Origin: an uncultured Candidatus Rokubacteria bacterium
GTDB lineage: Bacteria > Methylomirabilota > Methylomirabilia > Rokubacteriales > DASRDR01
Length of the DNA stretch: 64,000 nucleotides
Direction: 5' to 3'
Assembly: GCA_963708025.1 (NCBI GenBank)
Contig: CAVPSB010000028.1
Location: forward strand, 40,331-104,330
The position numbers were made by a program, and so were the translations under genes. This document shows, piece after piece, positions 30,716 through 42,813 of this stretch. The notes beneath the pieces were generated by a model that had not been told where the DNA came from, ran no database searches, and saw only the letters and a program-made list of their open reading frames with translations. The stretch's first letter is position 1, and each line of letters opens with the position of its first letter.

Positions 30716-30998
30716 GTGGCCGAGACCATCCAGGAATACCTGATCGTCGATCCGAGCTTCAGGCGGCTGGTCTCGCGCCACATGCGGCTGATCAAGCTCT
30801 GGACGGGCGCGGCCTGGACCGAGGGGCCGGTCTACGCGGCCGACGGCGACTATCTGCTCTTCTCCGACATCCCGAACGACCGCATCATGCGCTTCGTGCC
30901 CGATCACACCGGCCTGCTGGGCTCGGTGAGCGTTCATCACCGCCACCACGAGCCTCTACGCCGTCTACACCCACGTCAACGGCGCCCAGCGCCCCTGA
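30716..30998 (+). pseudogene. SMP-30/gluconolactonase gene with a large internal deletion
   Basis: The N-terminal WTEGPVY...LLFSDIPNDRI is joined at about 30932 to the family C-terminus FITATTSLYAV...stop in another frame. Confidence 0.75.
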
Positions 30999-31030
30999 CG
31001 AGCCGGTCTTCCGAGACCCCCTGATGATGC

Positions 31031-31921
31031 TCAGAGCTGGCGGAGCCGGGGGTCCAGCGAGTCGCGGATCCAGTCGCCGACGACGTTGAAGGAGAGGACG
31101 ACCAGCATCATCGCGACGCCGGGGCAGACGGAGATCCACCAGGCCCGCTCGATGAACGACAGCCCCTCGGCGACCATGTTGCCCCAGGTGGGGGTGGGGG
31201 GCGGGATGCCGGCGCCGAGGAAGCTGAGCGACGCCTCCACGATCATGGCCCAGCCGACCTGCAGCGTGCCCAGCACGACGATGCTGTTCATGATGTTCGG
31301 CAGGATGTGCCGGCGGACGATGTACGGCCCCGGGGCGCCGGCGACGCGGGCGAGGCCGATGAAGTCGCGCGTCTTCCAGTAGAGCACCTCCCCGCGCACC
31401 AGCCGGGCGAAGCGGGCCCAGAGGATCAGGCCCAGCACGGTGACCACCACCCCGAAGCTCGGCCCCACCGTCACCGCGAGCACCAGGGCGATGAGCACGC
31501 TCGGGAAGGCCAGGAAGCCGTCGGCCGCCCGCATGATGAGCGCCTCGACCCAGCCACCGCGCCAGCCGGCCAGGACGCCGAGCCCGGTCCCGACCAGCCC
31601 GCCGATGGCGATGGCGCCCGCCGCCACCGCGAGCGAGACGCGCGTGCCGAGGATCACCCGGCTCAGGATGTCGCGCCCCTTCCGATCGGTGCCGAGGGGA
31701 TGCGCCCAGGCGCCCTCCTTGGTGAAGACGGGCGGCCGCTCGCCGTCGGCCGGGTCGATCGCCAGGGGGTCGTACGGGGTCAGGACGCCCGCGAAGACCG
31801 CGACGACCACCGACAGCGCCACGACGAGCCCGGCCAGGCGGGGCGCACGGCCGAGCGCGCCGAGGCCCGCGCGCCACGCGCGGGGGGCGGCGAGCCGGAC
31901 GGGCGCGACGACGGCATCCAT
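31031..31921 (-). CDS. Peptide ABC transporter permease (DppC/OppC)
   Basis: HPLGTDRKGRD, LSFLGAG and RDSLDPR. Confidence 0.92.
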   Translation of the reverse strand: MDAVVAPVRLAAPRAWRAGLGALGRAPRLAGLVVALSVVVAVFAGVLTPYDPLAIDPADGERPPVFTKEGAWAHPLGTDRKGRDILSRVILGTRVSLAVAAGAIAIGGLVGTGLGVLAGWRGGWVEALIMRAADGFLAFPSVLIALVLAVTVGPSFGVVVTVLGLILWARFARLVRGEVLYWKTRDFIGLARVAGAPGPYIVRRHILPNIMNSIVVLGTLQVGWAMIVEASLSFLGAGIPPPTPTWGNMVAEGLSFIERAWWISVCPGVAMMLVVLSFNVVGDWIRDSLDPRLRQL

Positions 31922-31924
31922 CCG

Positions 31925-32842
31925 TCAGCTCCCCCGGATGCGCGGATCCACGAGCCCGTAGCTCAGGTCGACCAGGAAGTTGATCAGGATGATCAGGGTG
32001 GTCCACACGATGACGGTGAGCTGAAGGACCGGGAAGTCCCGCCAGAGCGTGGACTCGTAGGCGAGCCGGCCGAGCCCCGGCCAGCCGAAGACGACCTCGA
32101 CGACGATGGCCGCCGCGATGATCACCCCGTACATGAAGCCGACGAAGGTGATGACCGGGATCAGCGCGTTGCGGAGCGCGTGCTTCCAGAGCACCCACGT
32201 CTCGCGGAGCCCCTTGGTCCGGGCGAGCTTGACGAACTCGCTGTCGAGCACCTCGAGCATGCTGGACCGGAGCAGCCGCACGACGCCGGCGCTGATGCCC
32301 CAGCCGAGCACCACCGCCGGCAGGACGTAGTGGCGCCAGGTGCCCATCCCGGAGGTGGGAAGCCAGCGGAGCCACACCGCGAAGACCAGGACGAGGACGA
32401 TGCCGAGCCAGAAGGCCGGGAGGGACTGGCCGAGCACGACGAAGCCGAGGCCGAGCCGGTCCCAGAGGCCGCCGCGGTTCGCCGCTGCCAGCACGCCGAG
32501 CGGGAAGCTGATGGCGAGCGTGATGGCGATCGCCGCGGTGGCGAGCTTGATCGAGTTCCAGAACCGCTCCCGGACCAGCTCGATCGCCGGCTTGCCCGTG
32601 CGGAGTGATCGGCCCCAGTCGCCCTGGAGCGCGCTGCGGAGGAACGCCCAGTACTGGTAGGGGATCGGGCGGTCGAAGCCCATGCGCGCGATGAAGGCCT
32701 GGCGCTCGGCGGGGGTGGTCTCGGCGGGCAGGATGAGGTCGGCCGGGCTGCCCGAGGTGCGGACCAGGGCGAAGACGATGAAGCTCGACGCCAGCAGCGT
32801 GAGGAGCGCCTGGCCGAGGCGCAGCGCGGTGAAGCGCACCAT
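31925..32842 (-). CDS. Peptide ABC transporter permease (DppB/OppB), probably leaderless
   Basis: GDWGRS, EFVKLARTKGL, RDFP and VDPRI; TATAGT lies 6 nt before the ATG. Confidence 0.92.
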   Translation of the reverse strand: MVRFTALRLGQALLTLLASSFIVFALVRTSGSPADLILPAETTPAERQAFIARMGFDRPIPYQYWAFLRSALQGDWGRSLRTGKPAIELVRERFWNSIKLATAAIAITLAISFPLGVLAAANRGGLWDRLGLGFVVLGQSLPAFWLGIVLVLVFAVWLRWLPTSGMGTWRHYVLPAVVLGWGISAGVVRLLRSSMLEVLDSEFVKLARTKGLRETWVLWKHALRNALIPVITFVGFMYGVIIAAAIVVEVVFGWPGLGRLAYESTLWRDFPVLQLTVIVWTTLIILINFLVDLSYGLVDPRIRGS

Positions 32843-32883
32843 GGCCGCACTATAGCCCAAGGGCGCTGAAGGCGGCGAGCTCA

Positions 32884-33009
32884 CGGGCGGGGCCGAGGAG
32901 CGAGCAGCGCTAGGACGCAGGGAGTCGCCCACCGCAGGCGTATGCCGCATACGCCGAGGATGGGCGACGACCGAGGACGACGCGATGCGAAGCTCATCGG
33001 TCCCGCCCG
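32884..33009 (-). repeat. 126-bp structured hairpin repeat, family A copy 2
   Basis: Inverted homolog of 26705-26830, located between divergent promoters. Confidence 0.85.
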
Positions 33010-33097
33010 CGCTTGACGGTCGTGGCGCGCCGATGCTAAGGTCCCGCGCGTACGCGGTTGCTCCGTCCCGTTCCGCCCCCTCGCAAGGAGGATCCCC

Positions 33098-34689
<1,592 letters not shown>

Positions 34690-34693
<4 letters not shown>

Positions 34694-36037
34694 GCGGGGC
34701 CGCGCGGGGCCACCGTCGTCCAGGGCGAGTGGGTCCTCGCCTGGGAGGACGGCCGGCCCCGGCTTCTCACCGACGCGAGCGTCGTCGTCGAGGGCGCCAC
34801 CATCGCGGCGGTGGTCCGCGGCGATGCCGGGCCGGCCGACCGCCGGCTCGGCGGGCGGGGGACGCTGGTCCTGCCCGGCTTCCTGAACCTCCACACCCAC
34901 GCGCTCAACGCCCGGGTGTTCCGCGGGCTGGTGGACGACGTCGCCTTCGCCGAGGGCGCGGGGACGGCGATCAACCGGCTGCTGATGCCGGTGGCCGGGC
35001 TGGTGGCCCGGGAGCTCGGACCGGACGAGCTGGCGGCACTGGCCACCCTCGGCCTCCTGGATCTTCTGCAGAGCGGCTGCACCACGGTGGCCGACATGTT
35101 CAGGCCCGAGCTCACCGGACCGGTCGAGGTCGCCGCCCACGCGCTCGGCGTCCGACTCTGGGCCTTCCCCTACCTCTTCTCGCCGGCCGCGGGTCCGGAG
35201 GATGTGGACGCCGAGCTGGCGCGAAGCACGGCGCTGGTCCGCGAGCTCGACGAGGGCCCGGGCGGCCGCCTCCGGGTCGGCCTCGGCCCTCACGGCACCG
35301 ACACCTGCTCCGCCGAGCTGCTGCGCGCAGTGCGGAAGGCGGCCGACGCCCTCGACTGCCCGGTCAGCCTCCATCTCGCCCAGAGCCCGGCCGAGGTCGA
35401 GGCGGCTCACCGGCGCTACGGCAAGGGCCCGGTCGCGCACGCGGACGAGGTCGGGCTCCTCGGGCCCGGTCTCCTCGCGGCTCACTGCCTGTACGCGACC
35501 GAGACGGAGCTCGCGCTCCTTCGTGAGCGCGGCGCCGCGGTGGTGAGCTGTCCGCTCGTCTATGCCCGCTGGGGGATCTCCGCACCGTACGATCGCTTCG
35601 CCTCACGGGGCGTGCTGACCGCGCTCGGCACCGACCAGGAGCGCGACTACGTGGAGGGGCTCCGGATGGCCGGGCTCGTCTCCAGGCTCGAGCGCGGCCA
35701 GTCGGATGCGGCAACGGCATGGGAGCTGGTCGAGGCCGCGACGGTGAACGGCGCCAGGGCTCTGCGGCGGCCCGACCTCGGCCGGATCGCGCCGGGGGCG
35801 CGGGCCGACCTCGCCGTCGTGGATCTCGGCCGGCCGCACCTGGCGCCGGTATTCGACCCCATCAAGAGCCTCGTCTGGCATGCCCACGGGGGCGACGTGC
35901 GCGACGTCCTGGTTGACGGCGAGGTGCTGGTCGCCGACGGGCGCGCCACGCGGGTGGACGAGGCGGCGGTCCGCCGGCAAGCGGCTGCGGCGATCGAGCA
36001 CGTCTGGCGGCTCGCGCGCGAGCGCGGCCTCGCGTAG
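34690..36037 (+). CDS. Atz/Trz (SsnA-like) amidohydrolase; +1 frameshift near 34700
   Basis: LPGFLNLHTH, GPH, HLAQ, AAHC, LGTD and GRIAPGARAD; GTGA-coupled start. Confidence 0.85.
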
Positions 36038-36157
36038 CGGGAACGGAGATGCCTTCCTCGCTGATCCGCGCCTGGTACACCGTCAACCAGCGGGAATGAG
36101 ATACCGCGTGTCGACGATCTCGCTCCACCAACCTCGTACCGCGTGGTGGGTGCAGGG

Positions 36158-36250
36158 CGCCCCCCCTCCCCCCGGCCACAGGCCGCAGGCCGTCCAACGG
36201 TCGGGAGGGGTCGCCAAAGGCCGAAGGCCGTCGACAGGTGGGGGTGGACC
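36158..36250 (+). repeat. REP-like intergenic element, family B copy 4
   Basis: CCCCTCCC.../GGGAGGGG stem containing GGCC-GCA-GGCC, followed by GGCC-GAA-GGCC. Confidence 0.55.
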
Positions 36251-36253
36251 CGA

Positions 36254-36821
36254 ATGAGCCCGCCCCCTCCGCGCATCCAGCCCGTCAGGATCGAGCCGCT
36301 GACCGACGAGGCGTTCCGGCCGTTCGGCCAGGTGCTCGGCGCCGGCGAGCGGGCGCCGGACTACCGGGGCGGCGGCGGGAGCTACGGCTGGCGTGTGGAC
36401 TTCCAGGCCGACGGCCGGCCCCGGGTCAGCGTGTCGGTGGCGCCGTTCCAGGGACGCCGCTTCACGCGGCTCGAGCGGCACTTCCACGTGACCCAGACCT
36501 TCGTCCCGCTCGACGGCGCCCGAGCGGTGGTCGCCGTCGCGCCGCCCACGGATCCCGCCGACCGCGAGGCGATCCCCGCCCCGGAGACCGTGCGGGCGTT
36601 CCTGATCGACGGAACCAGGGGCTACCTGCTTTGGAAGGGAACGTGGCACAGCATCGACCGCTTCCCGCTCGACCCGCTGTTCAACGGTCTTCGTCGTCCT
36701 CAACGAGCAGGAGACGGTCGAGGATCTGGCCCGGGCCTACGCGGGTCGGGGCGGCTGGGAGCGAACCCAGGAGATCGACTACGCCGCCCGCTTCGGCGTG
36801 ACCTTCGAGCTGATCGATTGA
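36254..36821 (+). CDS. Ureidoglycolate lyase (AllA)-family cupin; +1 frameshift near 36680
   Basis: EPLT.EAF.PFG, LERH...TQTFVPL, RAF and GTWH. Confidence 0.8.
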
Positions 36822-37020
36822 CGGCCTCTCCCCCGGGGGGAGAAGCCGCCAACCGCCGCCGCGTCAGCCCGGACGTGGGTCGCGGCTACTTCTTGGGCGT
36901 GAGCCCCAGCCGGATCTCCAGCAGCCCCCGCACCTCCTTGGCGGTCGCCGGGCGGTTGACTCTCGACGGGCGCGGCACTAGGCTGAGTGACGCGGCATTC
37001 CAGTTCCGAGGAGGGAATCG

Positions 37021-38022
37021 TTGAGCTCGAAGCGTGACGCGCTCCGGTTCTGCGTCGTCGGCGCCGGGGCGATGGGTTCCGTGTACGGCGGGCTGCTCGC
37101 GCGGAGCGGATGCGACGTGACGCTCGTCAACGTCTGGCCGGAGCACGTCGAGGCGATCCGGCGGGACGGCCTCCACCTCGACGGCATCACCGGGGATCTC
37201 CGGATCCCGATCAAGGCCACGACCCGGGCCGAGGACGTGTCGCCGGTGGACGTCGCGATCATCCTCACCGACGCCAACGTGACCCGGGACGCGGCCGAGA
37301 CCGCCCGGCGGGTGCTCCGGGAGGACGGGTTCGCCCTCACCCTACAAAACGGCATCGGCAACGTGGAGGCGCTCGGCGAGGTCCTGGGGACCGGGCGGGT
37401 CATGGGCGGCACCTCCAACCACAGCGCCGCCCCGCAGGCGCCCGGCCACGTGACCCACACGCACGCGGCGCCGACCTGGATCGGCGAGCTCGACGGCCGG
37501 ATGACCGGGCGCCTGCGGGAGATGGAGCAGGCCCTGGCCGGCGCCGGGTTCACCCCGGTCGTCGTCGACAACATCCTCGCCCACATCTGGAACAAGTTCG
37601 TCCTCAACTGCGGCATCAACGCGATCAGCGCGGTCACCGGGCTGCGACTGGGGGAGCTCGTGCGCACCCCGGCGATCGACGAGCTGCAGACCCGCGTCAT
37701 CGAGGAGGTCCTGGCCGTGGTCCGGGCCAAGGGCGTCCCGCTCACGGATCCCGATCCGATGCGGACCATCAAGGACCACTGCTGGAAGAAGTACAACAAG
37801 CCCTCGACGCTCCAGCATGTCGAGCAGGGGAAGCGGACGGAGATCGACGCGCTCAACGGCGCCCTGGTGCGGGAGGCGAGGCGGCTCGGGGTGCCGACGC
37901 CGTACAACGACGCCCTGAGCCTCCTCCTGAAGGGCGTCGAGAAACACCGCGCCCAGACGCTCCGCGGGCCGGCGATCGATTACGACCGGCTGGAGGCGGA
38001 GGCGGCGCAGGGCCACCACTGA
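37021..38022 (+). CDS. Ketopantoate reductase (PanE/ApbA) family protein
   Basis: GAGAMG, LQNGIG, IWNKF..N..IN, S..Q and RTEID.LNG. Confidence 0.88.
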   Translation: MSSKRDALRFCVVGAGAMGSVYGGLLARSGCDVTLVNVWPEHVEAIRRDGLHLDGITGDLRIPIKATTRAEDVSPVDVAIILTDANVTRDAAETARRVLREDGFALTLQNGIGNVEALGEVLGTGRVMGGTSNHSAAPQAPGHVTHTHAAPTWIGELDGRMTGRLREMEQALAGAGFTPVVVDNILAHIWNKFVLNCGINAISAVTGLRLGELVRTPAIDELQTRVIEEVLAVVRAKGVPLTDPDPMRTIKDHCWKKYNKPSTLQHVEQGKRTEIDALNGALVREARRLGVPTPYNDALSLLLKGVEKHRAQTLRGPAIDYDRLEAEAAQGHH

Positions 38023-38064
38023 CGGGTCACGGACGACCCGAGACGATCCGGGGAGGTGTCGAAG

Positions 38065-39453
38065 ATGAGTGCGCTGGCGACCGCGACGACCATCGAGAGC
38101 GAGTACGGCGCCCGGTTCCCGGGCTCGTTCGCGCTGTGGGAGCGGGCGCGCCGGCTCGTCCCGTCGGGGATCAACCACGACGTCCGGCGGATCGTGCCGT
38201 TCCCGCTCTACATGGACCACGCCCAGGGCTGCCGGAAGTGGGACGTTGACGGCAACGAGTTCCTCGACCTCTGCACCGGTCACGGGTCGCTCATCCTCGG
38301 CCACGGCCACCCGGCCATCGTGAAGGCGATCCAGGAGCAGACGGCGCGCTTCACCCACCCGTCGGCGCCGACGCCGCTCGAGGTCCGGTGGGCGGAGCTG
38401 GTGACGCGCCTGGTGCCGTGCGCGGACATGGTGCGCTTCCTCCTCTCGGGGACCGAGGCGACCATGCTGGCCATGCGGCTGGCCCGGGCGCACACCGGCC
38501 GCGACGTGGTGGTCAAGATCCACGGCCACTTCCACGGCTGGCACGACTACGCGATGATCGGCTACATGCCCCCGTTCGACGTGCCCTCGTCGAGCGGGGT
38601 GCCGGGCGTCATCGCGCAGACCATGCGGGCGGTGCCGCTCCACGACCTCGACGCCATGGAGGCGGCGCTCCGGCCCGGCGACGTCGCGGCGGTCATCCTC
38701 GAGGCCGACGGCCCGCTGGCGGGCACGGTGCCGGTCGCGCCCGGGTACCTGGCGGCGCTCCGCGAGCTGACCACCCGCCACGGCGCGCTCCTCGTCTTCG
38801 ACGAGGTAGTCACCGGCTTCCGGCTGGCGCCGGGCGGGGCCCAGCAGCACTTCGGCGTGACCCCGGACCTGGGGACCTTCGCCAAGATCGTGGCCGGCGG
38901 CATGCCGGCGGGGGCGGTGGCCGGCCGCCGGGAGATCATGGGCGACATCGCCTTCCGCGACGACGCGGCCTGGAATCGCCGGAAGCGGGTCCGGCACATG
39001 GGCACCTTCAGCGCCTATCCGCTGGCGGCGGCGGCGGGGGTCACCGCGCTCGAGCTCCTGGCCGACGGGCAGCTCCAGGACCGGGCGGCCGCGCTGGCGG
39101 AGCGGCTCCGGGCCGGGATGAACCGGGCGATGGCCGACGCCGGCGTCTCCGGGAGCGCCTACGGGTGCCGCTCCATCGTGCGGATCATCGTCGGCGACGA
39201 CCTGCCGGCGATTCACGACCCCGCCGAGTTCACCCGGGCGGTCCCGCCGGCGCGGCTCATCGAGAACATCCGGCCGCCGCTCCTGCAGTCGCTGCACGCG
39301 GCCATGCTCCTCGAAGGCCTCGACGTCCTCGGCGGCAGCCACGCCTGGACGTCCGCGGTGATGACCGAGTCGGACATCGACGACGCGGTCGGCCGGTTCG
39401 CCCGGGCCCTCCACCGGGTGCGGCGGGAAGGGCTGCTGGCCGGCCGGCGGTGA
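38065..39453 (+). CDS. Class III aminotransferase (GSA aminomutase-like)
   Basis: DVDGNEFLD, SGTEA, FDEVVTGFR and AKIVAGG (PLP lysine). Confidence 0.9.
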   Translation: MSALATATTIESEYGARFPGSFALWERARRLVPSGINHDVRRIVPFPLYMDHAQGCRKWDVDGNEFLDLCTGHGSLILGHGHPAIVKAIQEQTARFTHPSAPTPLEVRWAELVTRLVPCADMVRFLLSGTEATMLAMRLARAHTGRDVVVKIHGHFHGWHDYAMIGYMPPFDVPSSSGVPGVIAQTMRAVPLHDLDAMEAALRPGDVAAVILEADGPLAGTVPVAPGYLAALRELTTRHGALLVFDEVVTGFRLAPGGAQQHFGVTPDLGTFAKIVAGGMPAGAVAGRREIMGDIAFRDDAAWNRRKRVRHMGTFSAYPLAAAAGVTALELLADGQLQDRAAALAERLRAGMNRAMADAGVSGSAYGCRSIVRIIVGDDLPAIHDPAEFTRAVPPARLIENIRPPLLQSLHAAMLLEGLDVLGGSHAWTSAVMTESDIDDAVGRFARALHRVRREGLLAGRR

Positions 39454-39454
39454 G

Positions 39455-40210
39455 ATGGGCCAGGACCGGGTGGTGCTCATCACCGGGGCCGCCAACGGCA
39501 TCGGCCGGGCGATGGCCGCCGGGTTCCACCGGGACGGCTTCGCCGTCGTCGGGGTCGACAACGACGCCGGGGGCCTGGCCGCCATCGCCCCGGTCTGCGC
39601 GCTGACGGCCGTCACCGACGTGGTCGACCCCGCCCAGGTGGACGCCGCGGTCGAGGCCGCGTTGGCGAGGCTGGGGCGGATCGACGTCCTGGTCAACGGA
39701 GCGGGCGTGATCCTCGATCGCCGGGTGGCCGAGCACGGCGAGGGCGAGTTCGAGCGCGTGGTCCGGATCAACCTCTTCGGCGCCTTCTACTTCATGCGTG
39801 CCGACCATCCCGGTGATGCGGCGGCAGCGGTACGGCCGGATCGTCAACTTCGCGTCGCGGGCGGCCGAGAACGCCACGCCGGGGCTGTCGGCGTACGGCG
39901 CCTCCAAGGCCGGCATCTTCACCCTGACCCAGTGCGCGGCCAGCGAGGTGGCCGGGGACGGCATTCTCGTCAACGCGCTCATTCCCGGCGACACGCGCAC
40001 CGCGATGAACCCGGCGGCGAAGCAGGAGCCGGAGGCCGTCTATCCCTACCTGCGGGAGCTGGCCACGCTGCCGGCCGGGGGGCCGAGCGGGAAGGTCTTC
40101 CGCTACGGGAGGGAGTACCCGCTGTTCCAGCCCAAGGGCGACGGGCTGCCGGTGGCCCTGACGCCGAGCCGGACGCAGGCCTCCAGCCAGCCCGAGGAGG
40201 CGATCCGTGA
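39455..40210 (+). CDS. SDR-family oxidoreductase; frameshift near 39800, 3' end approximate
   Basis: TGAANGIG and VNGAG in the first frame; GRIVNFAS and YGASK in the shifted frame. Confidence 0.8.
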   Translation: MGQDRVVLITGAANGIGRAMAAGFHRDGFAVVGVDNDAGGLAAIAPVCALTAVTDVVDPAQVDAAVEAALARLGRIDVLVNGAGVILDRRVAEHGEGEFERVVRINLFGAFYFMRADHPGDAAAAVRPDRQLRVAGGRERHAGAVGVRRLQGRHLHPDPVRGQRGGRGRHSRQRAHSRRHAHRDEPGGEAGAGGRLSLPAGAGHAAGRGAEREGLPLREGVPAVPAQGRRAAGGPDAEPDAGLQPARGGDP

Positions 40211-41515
40211 AGGGCGTCCGCCAACGTCTTCGTGCACCGACCTCGTCGACGAAGGGCACGACGCGGTCCTGGACAACCTCCAGGAGCGGGGCGGCCTCGA
40301 CGGGATCACGGTCGCCTGCAACTACCATCACTCCCGGGACGTCTTCCCCCACAACCCGCGCCACCGGGTCATCTACTTCACGGGCGAGCACTTCTTCGAG
40401 CCCGACCGCCGGCGCTACGGGCGCATCCAGCCGGTGGTGAGCCCGCTGGCCGAGCGCGATCCCCTGCGCGTCCTGGTGACCAAGGCCCGCCAGCGCGGCA
40501 TGGCGGTGCGGGGCTGGGTCAACTTCCTCCACAACAGCCGGCTCGGCCAGCGGTACCCGGAGTGCGCGGTCGCCAACGCGTTCGGCGACCGCTACCTGAA
40601 CGCGCTCTGCCCCGCCAACCCCGACTGCCGGGCCTACGTCCGCGCCTTCGGCGGCGACCTCGGGACCTACGGGCTGGAGGCGATCCGCGCGGAGAGCGTC
40701 GGCTACATGCCCTTCGAGCACGGCTATCACCACGAGCGGTGCTTCGTCCCCCTCTCGCCCGTCGCCCGCTTCCTCATGGGGGTGTGCTTCTGCGACGCAC
40801 TGCATCGCCGCGGCCCGGGCGGCCGGCATCGACGGGGAGGCCGTCCGGAAGTTCGTCGAGCGGGAGCTCGGGCGGGCCCTCGGCGGGGACCCCGGACCGC
40901 TCGACGCGGTGCCCCTCACGCGGGAGGCCGTCGGCGCGCTCGATGGCCGGGGAGCTCGGGGGGTACCTGGCGACCCGGGAGCGGACGGTCACCTCGCTGG
41001 TCGCGGAGGCCACCGAGGCCATCCACGCCGCCGGCCGCGCGGGCGGCCGATCGGACTTCGTCGTGGTCGAGTGGTCCGGCGGCCTGCGGGCGCCCTCGTC
41101 GGGGATGACGGTGGCCGGGAGCCAGGGCGCGGCCGTCGACCGGGCCTGGCAGGACGGCATCGCGCTGGACGCCCTGCTCGGCGCCTGCGACGGCATCTCG
41201 GTGCTCGGCTACGTCGGCGACCGCGCCCGGCTGGCGGCGGACCTCGAGGCGTACGCGCCCCGCATCCCCGCCGGACGCTCCCTGTCGGTGTCGCTGCGGC
41301 CCATGCTCCCGGACTGCGGGAGCGCCGAGGAGCTGCGGGCCCGGACGGCGCTCGTGGCCGGCTTCGGGCCCCGGTGGATCGAGTTCTACCATTACGGCTT
41401 CGTGCCGCTCGAGCGGCTCGACTGGATCCGGAGCGCGCTCGAGGCGGCGCGCGAGACGGTGGCATCCGAGCGGGGCGCCCCACCCGGGCGCCCGACAGGA
41501 GGGACGCGCCCGTGA
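40207..41515 (+). CDS. Conserved hypothetical TIM-barrel / glycoside-hydrolase-like protein with several frameshifts
   Basis: Segments DLVDEG..VLD, NYHHSRD..PHNP, LHNSRLG, LCPANP, HGYHHE, CFC and FYHYG lie in successive frames; SD GGAGG and GTG at 40207. Confidence 0.6.
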
Positions 41516-42813
41516 GACCTTCCAGGTTCGCCGGCCGGCTGGTAGCGGGATGTCTCGGTGTCGTCGTGCTGGTCGCTCTCGGCCCCATGGCCGCCCACGG
41601 CCAGGTCACGCTCAAGTTCTGGCAGCCCGACACCCGGGCCGACTGGGTGAAGGCGCGGGACATCGTGATCAAGGACTTCGAGGAGAAGAACCCCGGCATC
41701 AAGATCGAGAACACGACGGTGGACTGGGGCCAGCTCTTCCCGAAGCTGCAGGCGGCGGTGGCGGCCAACGCCGCCCCCGACATCTATTTCCTGAACCCGC
41801 CCTCCAACGTCTTCGGCGCGGCGGCCCAGAAGCTCATCGTGCCGGTCACCGACGTCGTCAAGGCCGTCGGATCCGACCGCTGGCCGTCGAGCATGATCGA
41901 TCCCCTGACCGTGGACGGCCAGGTCTACGGGATGCCGATGAACACGTTCCCGCACGTCGTGTGGTACCGGAAGGACCTCTTCGCCCAGGCCGGCCTCCAG
42001 CCGCCGACCACGCTGGACAACCTCCTGAAGGCGGCCCAGACCCTGAACAAGCCGCCGGCGATCTACGGCATCGCGCTCTACAACAACCAGGCGGATCCGC
42101 ACGTCTTCGTCGAGATCTGCGCGGCCTTCGGCTGCCAGGTGGTGGACGCCAAGGGGAACGTGGTCATCGACTCCCCGCAGACCGCGCAGGCGATCGAGTA
42201 CTACAAGCAGCTCTGGAAGACCACGACCCCCGACGCGATCTCGAAGACGAACCTGGACCAGCGGCTGGTGTTCGCGGCCGGCGGGGCGGCGATCATGATG
42301 ACGCAGATCTCGCTGGTGACGAACCTCACCAGCGGCCAGTCGAAGGTGACCCTCGACCAGGCCGCGGTCGTCGAGGTGCCGAACCAGGCCAAGACGCGGC
42401 CGACCACGGTCAACGAGATCCAGGCGCTGACGATCCCCCGGGGCGCCAAGCACCCGGCCGAGGCCCGGCGCTTCCTGGAGTTCTGGTTCAGCCCCGACGA
42501 GTACATGAAGTACATCAGCAACACGGTGCCCGGCCACCTCCCGACCATGAAGCACGCCACCGCCGCCAGCAGCCCCTACTGGGAGCTGCCGCGCATCAAG
42601 CCGATGGCCAGCCTGTTCCGGGTGGCGTCCGAGAGCGCCTTCCAGAACGGCTTCTACCTCGGCATGCATCCGGTGCCCAACACCTGCGAGCCCAAGGTCT
42701 ACGCGGCCGGCATCTACACCCAGATGGTGAGCCACGCGGTGATCGACAACTGGGGCGGCGCCCAGACGGCGGCCTGGGCCCAGACCGAGATCAAGCGACT
42801 CTGCGCCAGGTAG
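41512..42813 (+). CDS. Sugar-type ABC transporter substrate-binding protein
   Basis: Signal peptide, FEEKNPGIKI and DGQVYGMP...WYRKDLF. Confidence 0.9.
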   Translation: MRPSRFAGRLVAGCLGVVVLVALGPMAAHGQVTLKFWQPDTRADWVKARDIVIKDFEEKNPGIKIENTTVDWGQLFPKLQAAVAANAAPDIYFLNPPSNVFGAAAQKLIVPVTDVVKAVGSDRWPSSMIDPLTVDGQVYGMPMNTFPHVVWYRKDLFAQAGLQPPTTLDNLLKAAQTLNKPPAIYGIALYNNQADPHVFVEICAAFGCQVVDAKGNVVIDSPQTAQAIEYYKQLWKTTTPDAISKTNLDQRLVFAAGGAAIMMTQISLVTNLTSGQSKVTLDQAAVVEVPNQAKTRPTTVNEIQALTIPRGAKHPAEARRFLEFWFSPDEYMKYISNTVPGHLPTMKHATAASSPYWELPRIKPMASLFRVASESAFQNGFYLGMHPVPNTCEPKVYAAGIYTQMVSHAVIDNWGGAQTAAWAQTEIKRLCAR

